DNA of 64,000 nt, taken from a virus. The position numbers and the translations under genes are program-made. The DNA is taken from positions 18,731 through 82,730 of the IMG/VR virus record IMGVR_UViG_3300029286_003693. One strand, given 5' to 3'. Under the pieces are notes generated by a model. The model was given only the letters and a program-made list of their open reading frames with translations, was not told the DNA's origin and made no database searches. Positions 52,738-62,001 of this stretch are shown here, in pieces (the first letter of the stretch is position 1; each line of letters starts with the position of its first letter).

Positions 52738-53483
52738 AGTCGGTTTTTCCTGTAATCCGGCATATTGATTTTTATATTTTCCATACCAGCGAGTCGTGAG
52801 GCAATTCTGGCCCCGAACGTCGCATCAATTTCCTCTTTCGTTAGATTTGTCGTGATGATTGTTTTCCGGCACTCCCGAATACGACGGTCGAGGATGATGT
52901 AGAGCGTCGTGATCGCAAATTCAGATACTTTTTCCGCTCCCAGGTCGTCGAGAACAAGAACGGGGATTTCTGAATATCTACTGATGATTTCATCTTCTGA
53001 TTCAGACCCCCCACTGAACGAGGATCTTATTTTTAATAGCAGGTCTGGAACTGTGATAAACCGCGCAGTGAATGCACTCTGCCCCTGAATCATTGCCACG
53101 GCCAGGTGTGTTTTCCCGCATCCCGTATTCCCACGGATGACGACATGGTCATCGCTTCCGGCGATCGCTATCAGGTCGGTAACGAGTTTTTCGTTCCCCT
53201 GGTAGCTCTCGAAGGTGCATCCCCCGAACAGTTTAGGCACTCCTGAGTAATGCAACTGCCATGTTTTTTCTGGTTCCGGTTTTAGATCCACACCATAAAT
53301 TCTCTCCTCATGAAACGGAATCACATTGTCGCTCCTCTCGCGTGAGATCGCCATGCACCGCTCGGCGATAGACTGGAAATCAGTATTCTCGGTCTGCGGG
53401 GTATGGCTGCCCGTCTGACTGAGCACCGCCCGTTTTTGCGTGAGCCGTTCTTGAGCCCGCTGTAATTCCTGATACATTGCCAT
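52734..53483 (-). CDS. DnaC/IstB-like ATPase (helicase loader); start uncertain
   Basis: GNTGCGKTHL, LVLDDLG, TIITTN, RIASRL, DYR. Confidence 0.9.
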   Translation of the reverse strand: MAMYQELQRAQERLTQKRAVLSQTGSHTPQTENTDFQSIAERCMAISRERSDNVIPFHEERIYGVDLKPEPEKTWQLHYSGVPKLFGGCTFESYQGNEKLVTDLIAIAGSDDHVVIRGNTGCGKTHLAVAMIQGQSAFTARFITVPDLLLKIRSSFSGGSESEDEIISRYSEIPVLVLDDLGAEKVSEFAITTLYIILDRRIRECRKTIITTNLTKEEIDATFGARIASRLAGMENIKINMPDYRKNRL

Positions 53484-54201
53484 TACCTCCCCGATTTTGA
53501 GCTTTATGTAACCATGTGTTTATATGGGCCATAATACCCCTTGATGTTTTTCTCTTTTTTTCGTTTGAAACGTTCCATCCACGGATATTCCTCAATTCCT
53601 GGCCAATATCCACATTTGGATAAAGAGATTCCCATTCAACTACCATAGCTTTGGTGACTGGAAATTCATTTTTATTTGACAATGGAATACAAATAATAAT
53701 CTCCGCCGCCTCGCATGTAGTGTTATTGTCTTTATCTAAGTCTTTATCTAAGTCTAAGTCTGTCGGCGTCACGTGACGTAGCGTGACGGGTGCGTGACGC
53801 GTCACAGGTTCGTCACATATACGTAACCGCTCCCGATATTTAACAGTCCGCGCTCTTGTAAGATCGCGAGTTCTTTCAATTCCTTCAAGTTTCTGATGTT
53901 TTGGAAAGTTTATAACGTCGATTGACCCGCCTTCCAATACATCGACCATTCGGTATTTCACGAACAAAGCGAGTCCCATTTCCACTGTTTTTTTCTCGAT
54001 ATTGAATTGATTGGCGAGGTCATCAAGGGTGTATGGAAGGCCATCTGCGATTTCGATTGTCCCAGGGCGGGATGATTTCATGGCCAGACAAAGAAGGCCG
54101 ATCCATAGAAGGACCACTGAATCTCCGTTAGGATGGGACCGGATGATCTTTATTTTAGCGTCATCCAAGATGTTGATGTCGAGTTTGATCCAGCTTATCA
54201 T
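53380..54201 (-). CDS. Phage replisome organizer / replication initiator
   Basis: WIKLDINILDDAKIKII...LWIGLLCLA N-terminal domain; upstream of the DnaC-like gene. Confidence 0.85.
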   Translation of the reverse strand: MISWIKLDINILDDAKIKIIRSHPNGDSVVLLWIGLLCLAMKSSRPGTIEIADGLPYTLDDLANQFNIEKKTVEMGLALFVKYRMVDVLEGGSIDVINFPKHQKLEGIERTRDLTRARTVKYRERLRICDEPVTRHAPVTLRHVTPTDLDLDKDLDKDNNTTCEAAEIIICIPLSNKNEFPVTKAMVVEWESLYPNVDIGQELRNIRGWNVSNEKKRKTSRGIMAHINTWLHKAQNRGGNGNVSGITAGSRTAHAKTGGAQSDGQPYPADREY

Positions 54202-54223
54202 CTTTCTTTTCCTCTTTGGAAAG

Positions 54224-54322
54224 CTACAGCCTGCATCGTTTTCCATCCCGGATTAAGTAGCAGCCGCTCTCGTCCTCGACGCAGCCATCGATTCCGTGAA
54301 ACTTCATCCGCTCGATCACCAT
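54224..54322 (-). CDS. Possible 32-aa peptide
   Basis: MVIERMKFHGIDGCVEDESGCYLIRDGKRCRL with GGAGG RBS. Confidence 0.4.
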   Translation of the reverse strand: MVIERMKFHGIDGCVEDESGCYLIRDGKRCRL

Positions 54323-54375
54323 CGCCTCCCCCACGTTGTCCAGTCAGCCGGGTAACTTCGGCTTTCAGTCCGGCG

Positions 54376-54627
54376 TCACGATAGCAACCTCCGGGCGAAG
54401 ATCCGAAGCAGGGCCTCGTTGTCGGCGTACTCCTGTTCGGTTATTACGCGCACTCCAGCCATCGAGAAGATTTTTTCCAAAGCTTCCAGTTTGACCGAGC
54501 CCTCACCGGAGATAACTTTCGACAGACCGCCGCCATCCATGCCGGCCTCGCTGGCCACAACAGACTGAGTTCCCTTGATTCTTACCGCTTCCATTATGAC
54601 GGACCTGATGACGCCCTTCTCACTCAT
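54376..54627 (-). CDS. HTH transcriptional regulator (CII-like position)
   Basis: GTQSVVASEAGMDGGGLSKVISG HTH. Confidence 0.7.
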   Translation of the reverse strand: MSEKGVIRSVIMEAVRIKGTQSVVASEAGMDGGGLSKVISGEGSVKLEALEKIFSMAGVRVITEQEYADNEALLRIFARRLLS

Positions 54628-54799
54628 ACGCAACACCTTCCAAAATAATTTGATTGGATTTGCATTGGATGCCTGAGAGAATGTAATTGCGGGAGGGTTT
54701 CATGTTTCGTATACCACAGTACCGTTTACGACGGTCGCGGAGGGGGAATTTGAGGCTAACTGCCGGGTCTTTGTGCGGGAAATTCGCTACCTCTGGCAT
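54620..54799 (-). CDS. Possible 59-aa protein
   Basis: AAGGAGG RBS; stop overlaps the next start. Confidence 0.4.
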   Translation of the reverse strand: MPEVANFPHKDPAVSLKFPLRDRRKRYCGIRNMKPSRNYILSGIQCKSNQIILEGVAYE

Positions 54800-54884
54800 C
54801 GTTCCTCCTTGGGAATATAAATTGTTTGAAATCCGACCAAAAAAGAGTAAAGTGGGGTTGGTTATGTGGCTGAGGATTGCTCCG

Positions 54885-55091
54885 TCAGCGGCCCCCTATT
54901 TTACCGGGATACCAGGCCCGGAATGGGACAGCGCCCGCGGTCGCCTCATCGATCAGGAGGGCATTTGCTGCGCAAGGTCTGAATTTCCCGTTCACGTACC
55001 GCCATACGGTCGGAACGGGCAGCGAAGAAACTTTTGAAAAGTCAGTAATCGTCATCGCTTTTTGATCTAAATATTTTTTAAGGATGTTCAT
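54885..55091 (-). CDS. cro: Cro-like repressor
   Basis: MNILKKYL...TITDFSKVSSLPVPTVWRYVNGKFRP...IDEATAGAVP; divergent from CI. Confidence 0.85.
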   Translation of the reverse strand: MNILKKYLDQKAMTITDFSKVSSLPVPTVWRYVNGKFRPCAANALLIDEATAGAVPFRAWYPGKIGGR

Positions 55092-55099
55092 GGAAAACG

Positions 55100-55150
55100 A
55101 TCTTACAGATGTGCAAGACAAAAAGCAAGAAGAATTTGCATACGTGAAAG
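55100..55150 (-). promoter_or_regulatory. PR-like promoter with two operators
   Basis: TTGCTT-17-TAAGAT on the minus strand; imperfect palindromes CTTACAGATGTGCAAG (55102-55117) and TTTGCATACGTGAAAG (55135-55150). Confidence 0.7.
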
Positions 55151-55734
55151 TTATTCAAGATGCCATGGCAACATTGGGGTGGAATGCCTCACGCTTGTCC
55201 AAAGAATCCGGCGTTTCCGAAGCCACTATCAGCCGCTCTCTAAAAGGGGGCCGTGGTATGAGTGGGGCCAATCATAACAGGGTATTAATAGCCCTCGGCC
55301 TTTTGCAGACCGTTCCCCTCCCTACCCTCCAGCCCCGCCCTATCCCCGTCGTTTCCTGGATTCATGCCGGCGAATTTGCGGAAGCTGCTAATCACTGGCC
55401 GGTCGGAGTATTGGGTGATGGCGAACCGGTTTACTCCTATGTAAAAACAGGACCAAACGCTTTTGGTCTACGAGTCGAGGGTGACAGTATGCTCCCGCGC
55501 ATCATGCCTGGTGACATCGCCATCGTAGACCCGGAATTGCGCTGTGATAATGGATCTCCATGCGTTGTATATGTAAACGGAGAGACATCGATAAAATTTT
55601 TCTGGGACCGGGAAACCGAGATCGTTTTGAAATCCATGAATGATAAATATCCAGACATCACCATTCGTAAAGACAGCAAGGTTGATTTCAGAGTTATCGG
55701 GAGGGTGGTGGATGTAAGAATTAAATTTTTTTGA
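55144..55734 (+). CDS. cI: CI-like repressor (HTH plus S24 peptidase); start uncertain
   Basis: HTH NASRLSKESGVSEATISRSL; HAG cleavage site; VEGDSM catalytic Ser; SIK Lys. Confidence 0.92.
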   Translation: MKVIQDAMATLGWNASRLSKESGVSEATISRSLKGGRGMSGANHNRVLIALGLLQTVPLPTLQPRPIPVVSWIHAGEFAEAANHWPVGVLGDGEPVYSYVKTGPNAFGLRVEGDSMLPRIMPGDIAIVDPELRCDNGSPCVVYVNGETSIKFFWDRETEIVLKSMNDKYPDITIRKDSKVDFRVIGRVVDVRIKFF

Positions 55735-55801
55735 TGCCTGCTTAAGATAACCCCCATACACCTCCCCAACAGCAGCCCTTCTATCCGGCTTTCATTCCTT
55801 C

Positions 55802-55822
55802 ACCCGCTTCGGCGGGTTTTTT
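55802..55822 (+). terminator. Intrinsic terminator after cI
   Basis: ACCCGC-TTCG-GCGGGT followed by a T tract. Confidence 0.85.
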
Positions 55823-55854
55823 GTTGCCCCGTAATTTCCGCCTGAAAAATAATT

Positions 55855-55906
55855 CTTACATATATGCAAATATTTCTTGCTTTCTCATATTACGTTAGTG
55901 TAAGCT
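55855..55906 (+). promoter_or_regulatory. PL-like promoter with two operators
   Basis: TTGCTT-18-TAAGCT; palindromes CTTACATATATGCAAA (55855-55870) and ATTACGTTAGTGTAAG (55889-55904). Confidence 0.7.
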
Positions 55907-55979
55907 ACGATTGACAGTGAGGACCGCATGAAGATGTAACCATGCCGGTCCGAGTCCGATCCATGCCAGAACTACGAAT

Positions 55980-56065
55980 GGAGTGGTGGCCGAGAGGCTG
56001 ATGGCGGCGGTCCTGAAAATCGTTGATCAAGAGATCCGAAGGTTCAAATCCTTCCCGCTCCGCCA
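55980..56065 (+). tRNA. Phage-encoded tRNA-Ser(TGA) with atypical C33
   Basis: Acceptor GGAGTGG/CCGCTCC, G73 and encoded CCA, long variable arm, TTCAAAT T-loop, anticodon loop CCTGAAA. Confidence 0.8.
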
Positions 56066-56091
56066 TCATACCCGCCAGAAAGGAGGGAGAA

Positions 56092-56220
56092 ATGGCAAAG
56101 AAGAGTGCTCCGGTAAAGAAAGACAAGATCGAAAAGAAGTTCCCGGATACCAAGATTCCACCGAAGAAAAGAAGTAATCCCGGTTCAGGCTCTCCGGCAT
56201 CTAAGAGCTACGGCCTGTAG
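56092..56220 (+). CDS. Small Lys-rich early peptide
   Basis: 42 aa with AGGAGG RBS. Confidence 0.5.
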   Translation: MAKKSAPVKKDKIEKKFPDTKIPPKKRSNPGSGSPASKSYGL

Positions 56221-56281
56221 TAGCAGCATGTTGTATGGGTTTGGCGGGGACGAGATGCCCCGCCATACTTAGGAGGTTGTC

Positions 56282-56437
56282 ATGGATTTCTCAGAAAACA
56301 TCTTCGTTTGCATGGTCCTCATTGTGCTGTTCGTCGGCGGCGTCCTGACCTGTCATGGCATCGGCCTGGGGTTGATGTGGCTCCGCGACCGGCGGTCGGG
56401 AAAGAAGCGGATGTATGCGGTCAGGAAGATCCTGTGA
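56282..56437 (+). CDS. Small membrane protein (51 aa)
   Basis: AGGAGGT RBS; hydrophobic stretch followed by a basic tail. Confidence 0.6.
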   Translation: MDFSENIFVCMVLIVLFVGGVLTCHGIGLGLMWLRDRRSGKKRMYAVRKIL

Positions 56438-56465
56438 TCAACTTTTTTAAAGGAGGAACCAGATT

Positions 56466-57698
56466 ATGGCACAAACACCAGTCGTAAAGAACGGAAATCA
56501 GCCGGCACCCCCGCCGGTGGTAGCGCTGATGAGCATCGAGGCGGCGCTCAAGTTGGTTGAACAGAAGGCCCCCGAGGCTTTCCCCGTCCTCTCCGGAGTG
56601 GTCCGAAAGGACATCGTATCCCTCGGGACTGACGACGCCTTTGCGCTGCGCGACCAGGAAGGCGAGATCCGGGCGTTCAAGCAGCCCCTCACCCTTAGTG
56701 AAAAAGCCGGAACACTGATTCAGCCTGTACCCGGTGGACCTTTCGCCGTCTCGGCTCAAGGGTACGAGGTATGGCAGGAAGCGGCCGGAGCGTGCGTCAT
56801 CTTCCCTTCAGAGGTCCTGGTCGACGGGAAGTGGCAGGCCAACCCCGCCGTGATCAGGGATACGAAGAACGGGCGTATCCTGATGATCTACGCTCGGGCG
56901 GTAGCGTTCCGGTTCTCGTCCAAAGGTATCCCGATGGTCTCCGACTGGACAACCATTTACGATACCCCTTCTTACCGCATGATTGACCTTCTGGGGAAGG
57001 CAAAGCAGTTTCCCCAGGCATTCACCCTTCTCCCCTCGGACATGGCACCTGAAAAAGAAAAAGGCACATGGGCGAAGTATCCCTTTGATGAAGCCACAAA
57101 CCTTTGGATGAACACGACACACGACGAGGCCTTGCGATGGCTGGCGTCGATCATCAACCGCGAAAAGAAAAGCATCGACTTCGCCCAGACCTTCGCCAAG
57201 CGGAATTCCCTCAAGCACCTCAGCGGCATCCAGAAGGCCCCCGGCTCGCAGTGGACCATACCCGTAATCTCATGGCGGCCCATCTCCGGAAACATCATCA
57301 AATGGGATGCGACGCAGTATGCCAACCTTCAGGCTCGTGTCGGGAAGATGATCTCCGGGGACCGGAGCGAGTTCGCGGCAAAAGAAATAGAAATGCGGAC
57401 CGGGGCGGAGAGGGTTTCTGATGACCTGAATGCAGTCCAGGAGGAAGCCCACATCGATCCCGAGGACCAGGATAGAGTTATCGATGTCGCCCCAGAGAAG
57501 GTCACGGAGAAGAAGCAGCCCGATGGACATGTCTCCAAGGTCATGCAGAATCTTGCTGTCGCCAAGAAGGAATTCCATGACGAGTACCTTGCTGCATGTC
57601 AGTCCATGGGGATCGAAGCGGACGCGGATATGACGGACGAGCATGCCATCAAGATCATGAATACAATCAACGAGACGCTGGATAAGGCAGCAGCGTGA
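56466..57698 (+). CDS. Hypothetical protein, possibly recombination/single-strand annealing
   Basis: 410 aa, strong RBS, first gene of the recombination cluster; function inferred from position only. Confidence 0.6.
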   Translation: MAQTPVVKNGNQPAPPPVVALMSIEAALKLVEQKAPEAFPVLSGVVRKDIVSLGTDDAFALRDQEGEIRAFKQPLTLSEKAGTLIQPVPGGPFAVSAQGYEVWQEAAGACVIFPSEVLVDGKWQANPAVIRDTKNGRILMIYARAVAFRFSSKGIPMVSDWTTIYDTPSYRMIDLLGKAKQFPQAFTLLPSDMAPEKEKGTWAKYPFDEATNLWMNTTHDEALRWLASIINREKKSIDFAQTFAKRNSLKHLSGIQKAPGSQWTIPVISWRPISGNIIKWDATQYANLQARVGKMISGDRSEFAAKEIEMRTGAERVSDDLNAVQEEAHIDPEDQDRVIDVAPEKVTEKKQPDGHVSKVMQNLAVAKKEFHDEYLAACQSMGIEADADMTDEHAIKIMNTINETLDKAAA

Positions 57699-57707
57699 GG
57701 AGGGGTT

Positions 57708-58760
57708 ATGATTAGCAAAGTCACAGCAACAGGGTTCAAGGGGTGCGACTTCGAGCAGGACCTTTCCGAGCGCACCCTATTCGTCGGCCCGAACGGCGCC
57801 GGCAAATCGGCCCGATCCCAGGCCCTCCAGCTTGCCGTCAACGGGGGCGTCATCGGGGCAGGAAAGACGAATGACGATATCCTCTCCACGTTCGGGGAGG
57901 GAGACAAGCTGGTCGTCGGCGTGGAGATCGACGGAAAATACCTCTTTCAACGGGGGTTTGTCCGGGGACCATCCGGGTCTGTCTCCCAGGGTTACAAGGC
58001 GGGCGGGGTCAAGGTCTCGAAAGATTACTTCATGAAAGCCCTCGGGGAGTCGGGCGCTCCTGTCGTCCTGAACGTGGCCGACTTCATGGCGCTATCGGAC
58101 CAGAAGAAAATCGAAGCATTGTTTCAGCTATACCCTCCCGCGGGGGACATCAGCGCCGTGCAGGGGAAGATCGATACGTCCAAAGAGAAAATCAACTCCC
58201 TGGCCACAAAAGTGAAGACATCGGAACAAGCAGCGGCCCGTATTGCATCTTCAAAATCGCAGATCCAGGTCCCTGCGGGAACGCTCGCAGAGGTTGATGC
58301 TCAGATTTCCGCCATGGAGACAGAACTGAAGGAGGCTCAAGACAGCCTGACGCAGATCCGCCTGGAGGAGCAGAGGGCGGCGGATGAACTGAAGGCCAAG
58401 GATGAGGCTGAGCGGAAGGAAAAGGAACAGATCGCGGCGGCGGAAAAGGCCCAGGCCGAAAAAGCGGCTGCTGAAACCACCGCCATCACCGACGAAGCCG
58501 TGCAGAAGTCCCTGGCCGAAAGGCCGGGGGAGATGTCGAAGAAGTGTGAAGCGCTGTTTGGGGAGAAAAAAGCAAACCCGCTGATGGATCAATACCCCTC
58601 AGTCGCGCAAGCCGTTCAGGGAGTAATCGCAAATAACGGATCTGCGGCTTCCATCCAGGCCATCATCACAGCCATGGACGAAGCCGGGTGTGAATCCTGC
58701 GCGGCGAAGATGATCGCTCGCCGGGAACTAAGGAAATACAAGGAGGCGCAAAATGGATAA
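57708..58760 (+). CDS. Rad50/SbcC-like ATPase, N-terminal half
   Basis: ISKVTATGFKG, GPNGAGKS Walker A, coiled coil, terminal CESC. Confidence 0.85.
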   Translation: MISKVTATGFKGCDFEQDLSERTLFVGPNGAGKSARSQALQLAVNGGVIGAGKTNDDILSTFGEGDKLVVGVEIDGKYLFQRGFVRGPSGSVSQGYKAGGVKVSKDYFMKALGESGAPVVLNVADFMALSDQKKIEALFQLYPPAGDISAVQGKIDTSKEKINSLATKVKTSEQAAARIASSKSQIQVPAGTLAEVDAQISAMETELKEAQDSLTQIRLEEQRAADELKAKDEAERKEKEQIAAAEKAQAEKAAAETTAITDEAVQKSLAERPGEMSKKCEALFGEKKANPLMDQYPSVAQAVQGVIANNGSAASIQAIITAMDEAGCESCAAKMIARRELRKYKEAQNG

Positions 58761-59304
58761 ACAGATCATTGAAGACCAAATCATCGGCATCAATTCCCGG
58801 ATCATAGCGCTCCGGAAGGACAGGGACGTCCATGTCCGCCTCCAAGGGCTGAACGTCGAAGCCGAGAAACTTCGCGGAGAGGCGTCTGCAGATGCCGTGC
58901 AGATAGAAAAGGAAAAGGTTGTAGTGACCGTCCTGTTGGCCCAACGGCAGCAGATCGTTCAAAGCACCATCGTAGGGCTGTCAAAACGCATGGTGGAGAT
59001 CCTTCCGGTCGGCAGGCCGGATATCCAGATCACCGAGGACGGCGGCGTCTATATCGGATGGGTCCGCCAGGACGGAAAGAAAGTGGCTTATGCAGGGCTC
59101 TCTGGTGGGGAGAAGGCGCTTTTTGACCCAGCCCTTGCCTATGCCCTCAAGGCGAATGTGCTCCTGCAGGAGAGTGCAGAACTGGATGAAGAACGTCTAT
59201 TGGAATCCCTGGGGAAGTTTAACGGGGCGAAGGTCCAGGTCGTCGTCTCAACCTGCCATGCCCCGGCGGTACTTCCTGCAGAATGGAAGGTGATTCAACT
59301 ATGA
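58753..59304 (+). CDS. Rad50/SbcC-like ATPase, C-terminal half
   Basis: LSGGEK signature, LLQESAELD (variant Walker B/D-loop), STCH. Confidence 0.8.
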   Translation: MDKQIIEDQIIGINSRIIALRKDRDVHVRLQGLNVEAEKLRGEASADAVQIEKEKVVVTVLLAQRQQIVQSTIVGLSKRMVEILPVGRPDIQITEDGGVYIGWVRQDGKKVAYAGLSGGEKALFDPALAYALKANVLLQESAELDEERLLESLGKFNGAKVQVVVSTCHAPAVLPAEWKVIQL

Positions 59305-61061
59305 CTCAACTCGACCTTCAGCAGCAAGCAGCCGCCACCACCACATCCCTACGCGCCCTGGTTCTTGCCGGCGCCGGGAGCGGTAAGAGCCGTTGTCTCA
59401 TCGAGCGCATCGCCTGGTTGATCGAAACGCAGAAGGTAAGCCCCACGGAGATCATAGCATTTTCGTTTACCAGAAAAGCCAGCGGCGAGATCCGGGACCG
59501 CCTCAAGGAGAGGATCGGCGGGAAGGCAACCGGCGTGCAGATGGGGACAATGCACGGCCTCTCCCTGGAGTTCATCCACCGCTTCGGAGAAGTCATCGGT
59601 CTCCGGCCAGCCAATGTCACCGTCTATGGTGACTTTGAATCAGGCTACCTACTCGCGGATGTCGCTCAGGAAATGAGCGCGAAGAAGCCCTCCATCAAGG
59701 CCGCGAAAGAGGCCCTTGAACGATACTACCAGACGGGCGAGGAGCCGAAAGAGGACGACCCTGGACGCGATCTATTCATGGTGTTCCTGGCAAGGTGCCG
59801 AGAGAATAACGCCGTTTCGTATGGATCACTTCTCGTCGGGATGCGGCTTCTCGTCCCGACGCTGGCCAAGTATCTCCACGTCCGGCATATCCTGGTTGAC
59901 GAAATTCAGGACATCGATCCTTTACAGTGGAACGTCATCAATGAAATGGTCTCGGCGTTCGGGTGTTCGCTCTTCGTCGCGGGGGACATCGATCAGAGCA
60001 TCTATGAATTTCGCGGAGCCGTTCCCCGCTACCTCGTTGACCACTCGGGAGAGTTCGACATCTACCGGCTGGAGGCGAATTACCGGAGTATGCCGGAGAT
60101 CGTCAAGGCGGCGAACAGGCTGATAGAAAACAATCAGGATCGAATCACAAAGACCATGAGGGCGACACGGGAAGCTCCGGCACTCGCACCGGAAAGCGTT
60201 CAGGTTGAAAACAACATCCAAAGCGAAGGGATCGTGGCCAGGGCCAATTCGTGGCACTGCACAGAGGCCCCCGTCGCCATCCTCGCCCGGAAACACTCCC
60301 TCCTCGGAAAGATCGACCGCCTCATGGAGGAGGCCGCTATCCCTCACACCTACATCGGCAAGACCACGGCTCTGACCAATTCGGAGCCCTTTCGTCGTTT
60401 CCATGCGTTTCTCAAATTGGCCGTCAACCCGTTCGACAACATGAGCTTTCTCCTGATCCGCGATATCATCGGGCTCTCGCGGGAGGAGTACGGGCGGATC
60501 AGGCTCTCTGCGGCGCAGACCGGGAGGAGTCATTTCCGGGTTCTCATTGAAAGATACGCCTTGGTAAGTACAGAAGACTTGAACATAACACACCTTGAAA
60601 ACAACCCCCTTATTACAGGCGGATCTTTATCGCAGTGCGCCGAATGGCTGAACGAACACCACCCCGACCTCTCTCCGGAGTCCATGGCCTTCATCCAGAA
60701 GTATGTCGCCGGCCATCCTGACGACATCGCCTCCTACCTCGACTGGCTCGCCACGTTCGACGTTCAAGACGAGATCAACGGGGAAGGGGCTGAAGGCATC
60801 ACCCTGGCAACCATTCATGCCGCCAAAGGGCTGGAATGGCCCGTCGTCATCGTCGCTGGATGCAACGAGGGAATCATCCCGGCGCGACCGAACGACACGG
60901 ATGAGATAGAGGGGGAGCGGCGCTCGATGTACGTCGCCATGACCCGCGCCATGGATCAGCTTATACTGACCGTCCGGCCCATGGAGTCAACAGACGCGGC
61001 GGGGAGGGTGCATAACTCGCCGGAGAGCCGGTTTATCACGGAACTGCAAGGAGATAGGTAA
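59301..61061 (+). CDS. UvrD/PcrA-family helicase
   Basis: AGAGSGKS, FTRKA, VDEIQD, GDIDQSIYEFRGA, NYRS, TIHAAKGLEW, YVAMTRA. Confidence 0.95.
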   Translation: MTQLDLQQQAAATTTSLRALVLAGAGSGKSRCLIERIAWLIETQKVSPTEIIAFSFTRKASGEIRDRLKERIGGKATGVQMGTMHGLSLEFIHRFGEVIGLRPANVTVYGDFESGYLLADVAQEMSAKKPSIKAAKEALERYYQTGEEPKEDDPGRDLFMVFLARCRENNAVSYGSLLVGMRLLVPTLAKYLHVRHILVDEIQDIDPLQWNVINEMVSAFGCSLFVAGDIDQSIYEFRGAVPRYLVDHSGEFDIYRLEANYRSMPEIVKAANRLIENNQDRITKTMRATREAPALAPESVQVENNIQSEGIVARANSWHCTEAPVAILARKHSLLGKIDRLMEEAAIPHTYIGKTTALTNSEPFRRFHAFLKLAVNPFDNMSFLLIRDIIGLSREEYGRIRLSAAQTGRSHFRVLIERYALVSTEDLNITHLENNPLITGGSLSQCAEWLNEHHPDLSPESMAFIQKYVAGHPDDIASYLDWLATFDVQDEINGEGAEGITLATIHAAKGLEWPVVIVAGCNEGIIPARPNDTDEIEGERRSMYVAMTRAMDQLILTVRPMESTDAAGRVHNSPESRFITELQGDR

Positions 61062-61173
61062 TGGAAAAAGAAACAAACAAAAAAGAATGCCCCGAGCGCC
61101 CCGGATGCTTCATGTTCGTGACGTTCTGCGCGAAGTGCAAGAAGCGGGAGGGATGCAGGGCGTGGAGGAAAAG

Positions 61174-61350
61174 ATGAAGTGTAAATCCTGCGGAAAAGAG
61201 ATCGTTTTTCTCCGGACGGACAATGGAAAGGCGATCCCGGTTGATAAGGATACGGTGGACACGGCAGACGAGTATTTCGACCGGGATCGCCACGTCACCC
61301 ACTTTCGCACCTGTCCAGAGGCGGGGAAATTCAGGAAGGTAAAGAAATGA
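61174..61350 (+). CDS. Small zinc-binding phage protein
   Basis: MKCKSCGKEIVF...GKAIPVD...HFRTCP; GGAGG RBS. Confidence 0.7.
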   Translation: MKCKSCGKEIVFLRTDNGKAIPVDKDTVDTADEYFDRDRHVTHFRTCPEAGKFRKVKK

Positions 61351-61635
61351 GGAATGGGCAGACTTCCCGGAGCTATCCATTATGAGGGGAAAGCGGGGCC
61401 AATGCAGGGGGAGTAAGTTGTAGGCTAACCTGCCCCAACCGCTTAAAAGAGGAGAGCAAGGAATGACAAAGAGAATCATCCGATGGCTTTTCAGCCTTCT
61501 ATCCTGAAAACATATTTATGGAGGAGAGGAGAGCGCTGTTTCTTGATGCGGGGGGTGAGGACACTGATTACATAAGAGAAACGTATCGAAGTAATGATGA
61601 TGATAACGATGAAATTGAAAAGCGAGATTTAAAAA

Positions 61636-62001
61636 ATGTTGACACTTTCAAGAAAATTCAACATAGATACTGCACCTCCGGCCCTGCTGACCCCACAAGA
61701 GGTCGCCGACCATTACAAATGCAGCATCAAGTCCGTCTATGAACGGAAAAAGGACCTTAAAGGATTTTACCCGCCGGGGATAAAACTGCTCCGCTTTTTG
61801 CCAGAGGTCATCTATGGGTATCTACAAGGACAAAACTACCAAGACATGGCAGTACAGATTCGAGCACGAAAAAAGGAACTATGCCGGGAGGGGGTTCACT
61901 ACCCGGCGAGAAGCAGAAGCCGCAAGGGTGAAGCGTCGGGAAGAAATAAGGACTCAAGTGCCGATACCAATCCCGATGAGTCAGACCGCCACGGGATTTA
62001 A
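61636..62001 (+). CDS. Putative excisionase (HTH) overlapping the integrase start
   Basis: LLTPQEVADHYKCSIKSVY...LLRF. Confidence 0.65.
   Translation: MLTLSRKFNIDTAPPALLTPQEVADHYKCSIKSVYERKKDLKGFYPPGIKLLRFLPEVIYGYLQGQNYQDMAVQIRARKKELCREGVHYPARSRSRKGEASGRNKDSSADTNPDESDRHGI

Noticed and set aside
55980-56065. Reading the phage tRNA as Phe(GAA)
   Set aside because: That register destroys the anticodon stem; G73 and the long variable arm indicate Ser
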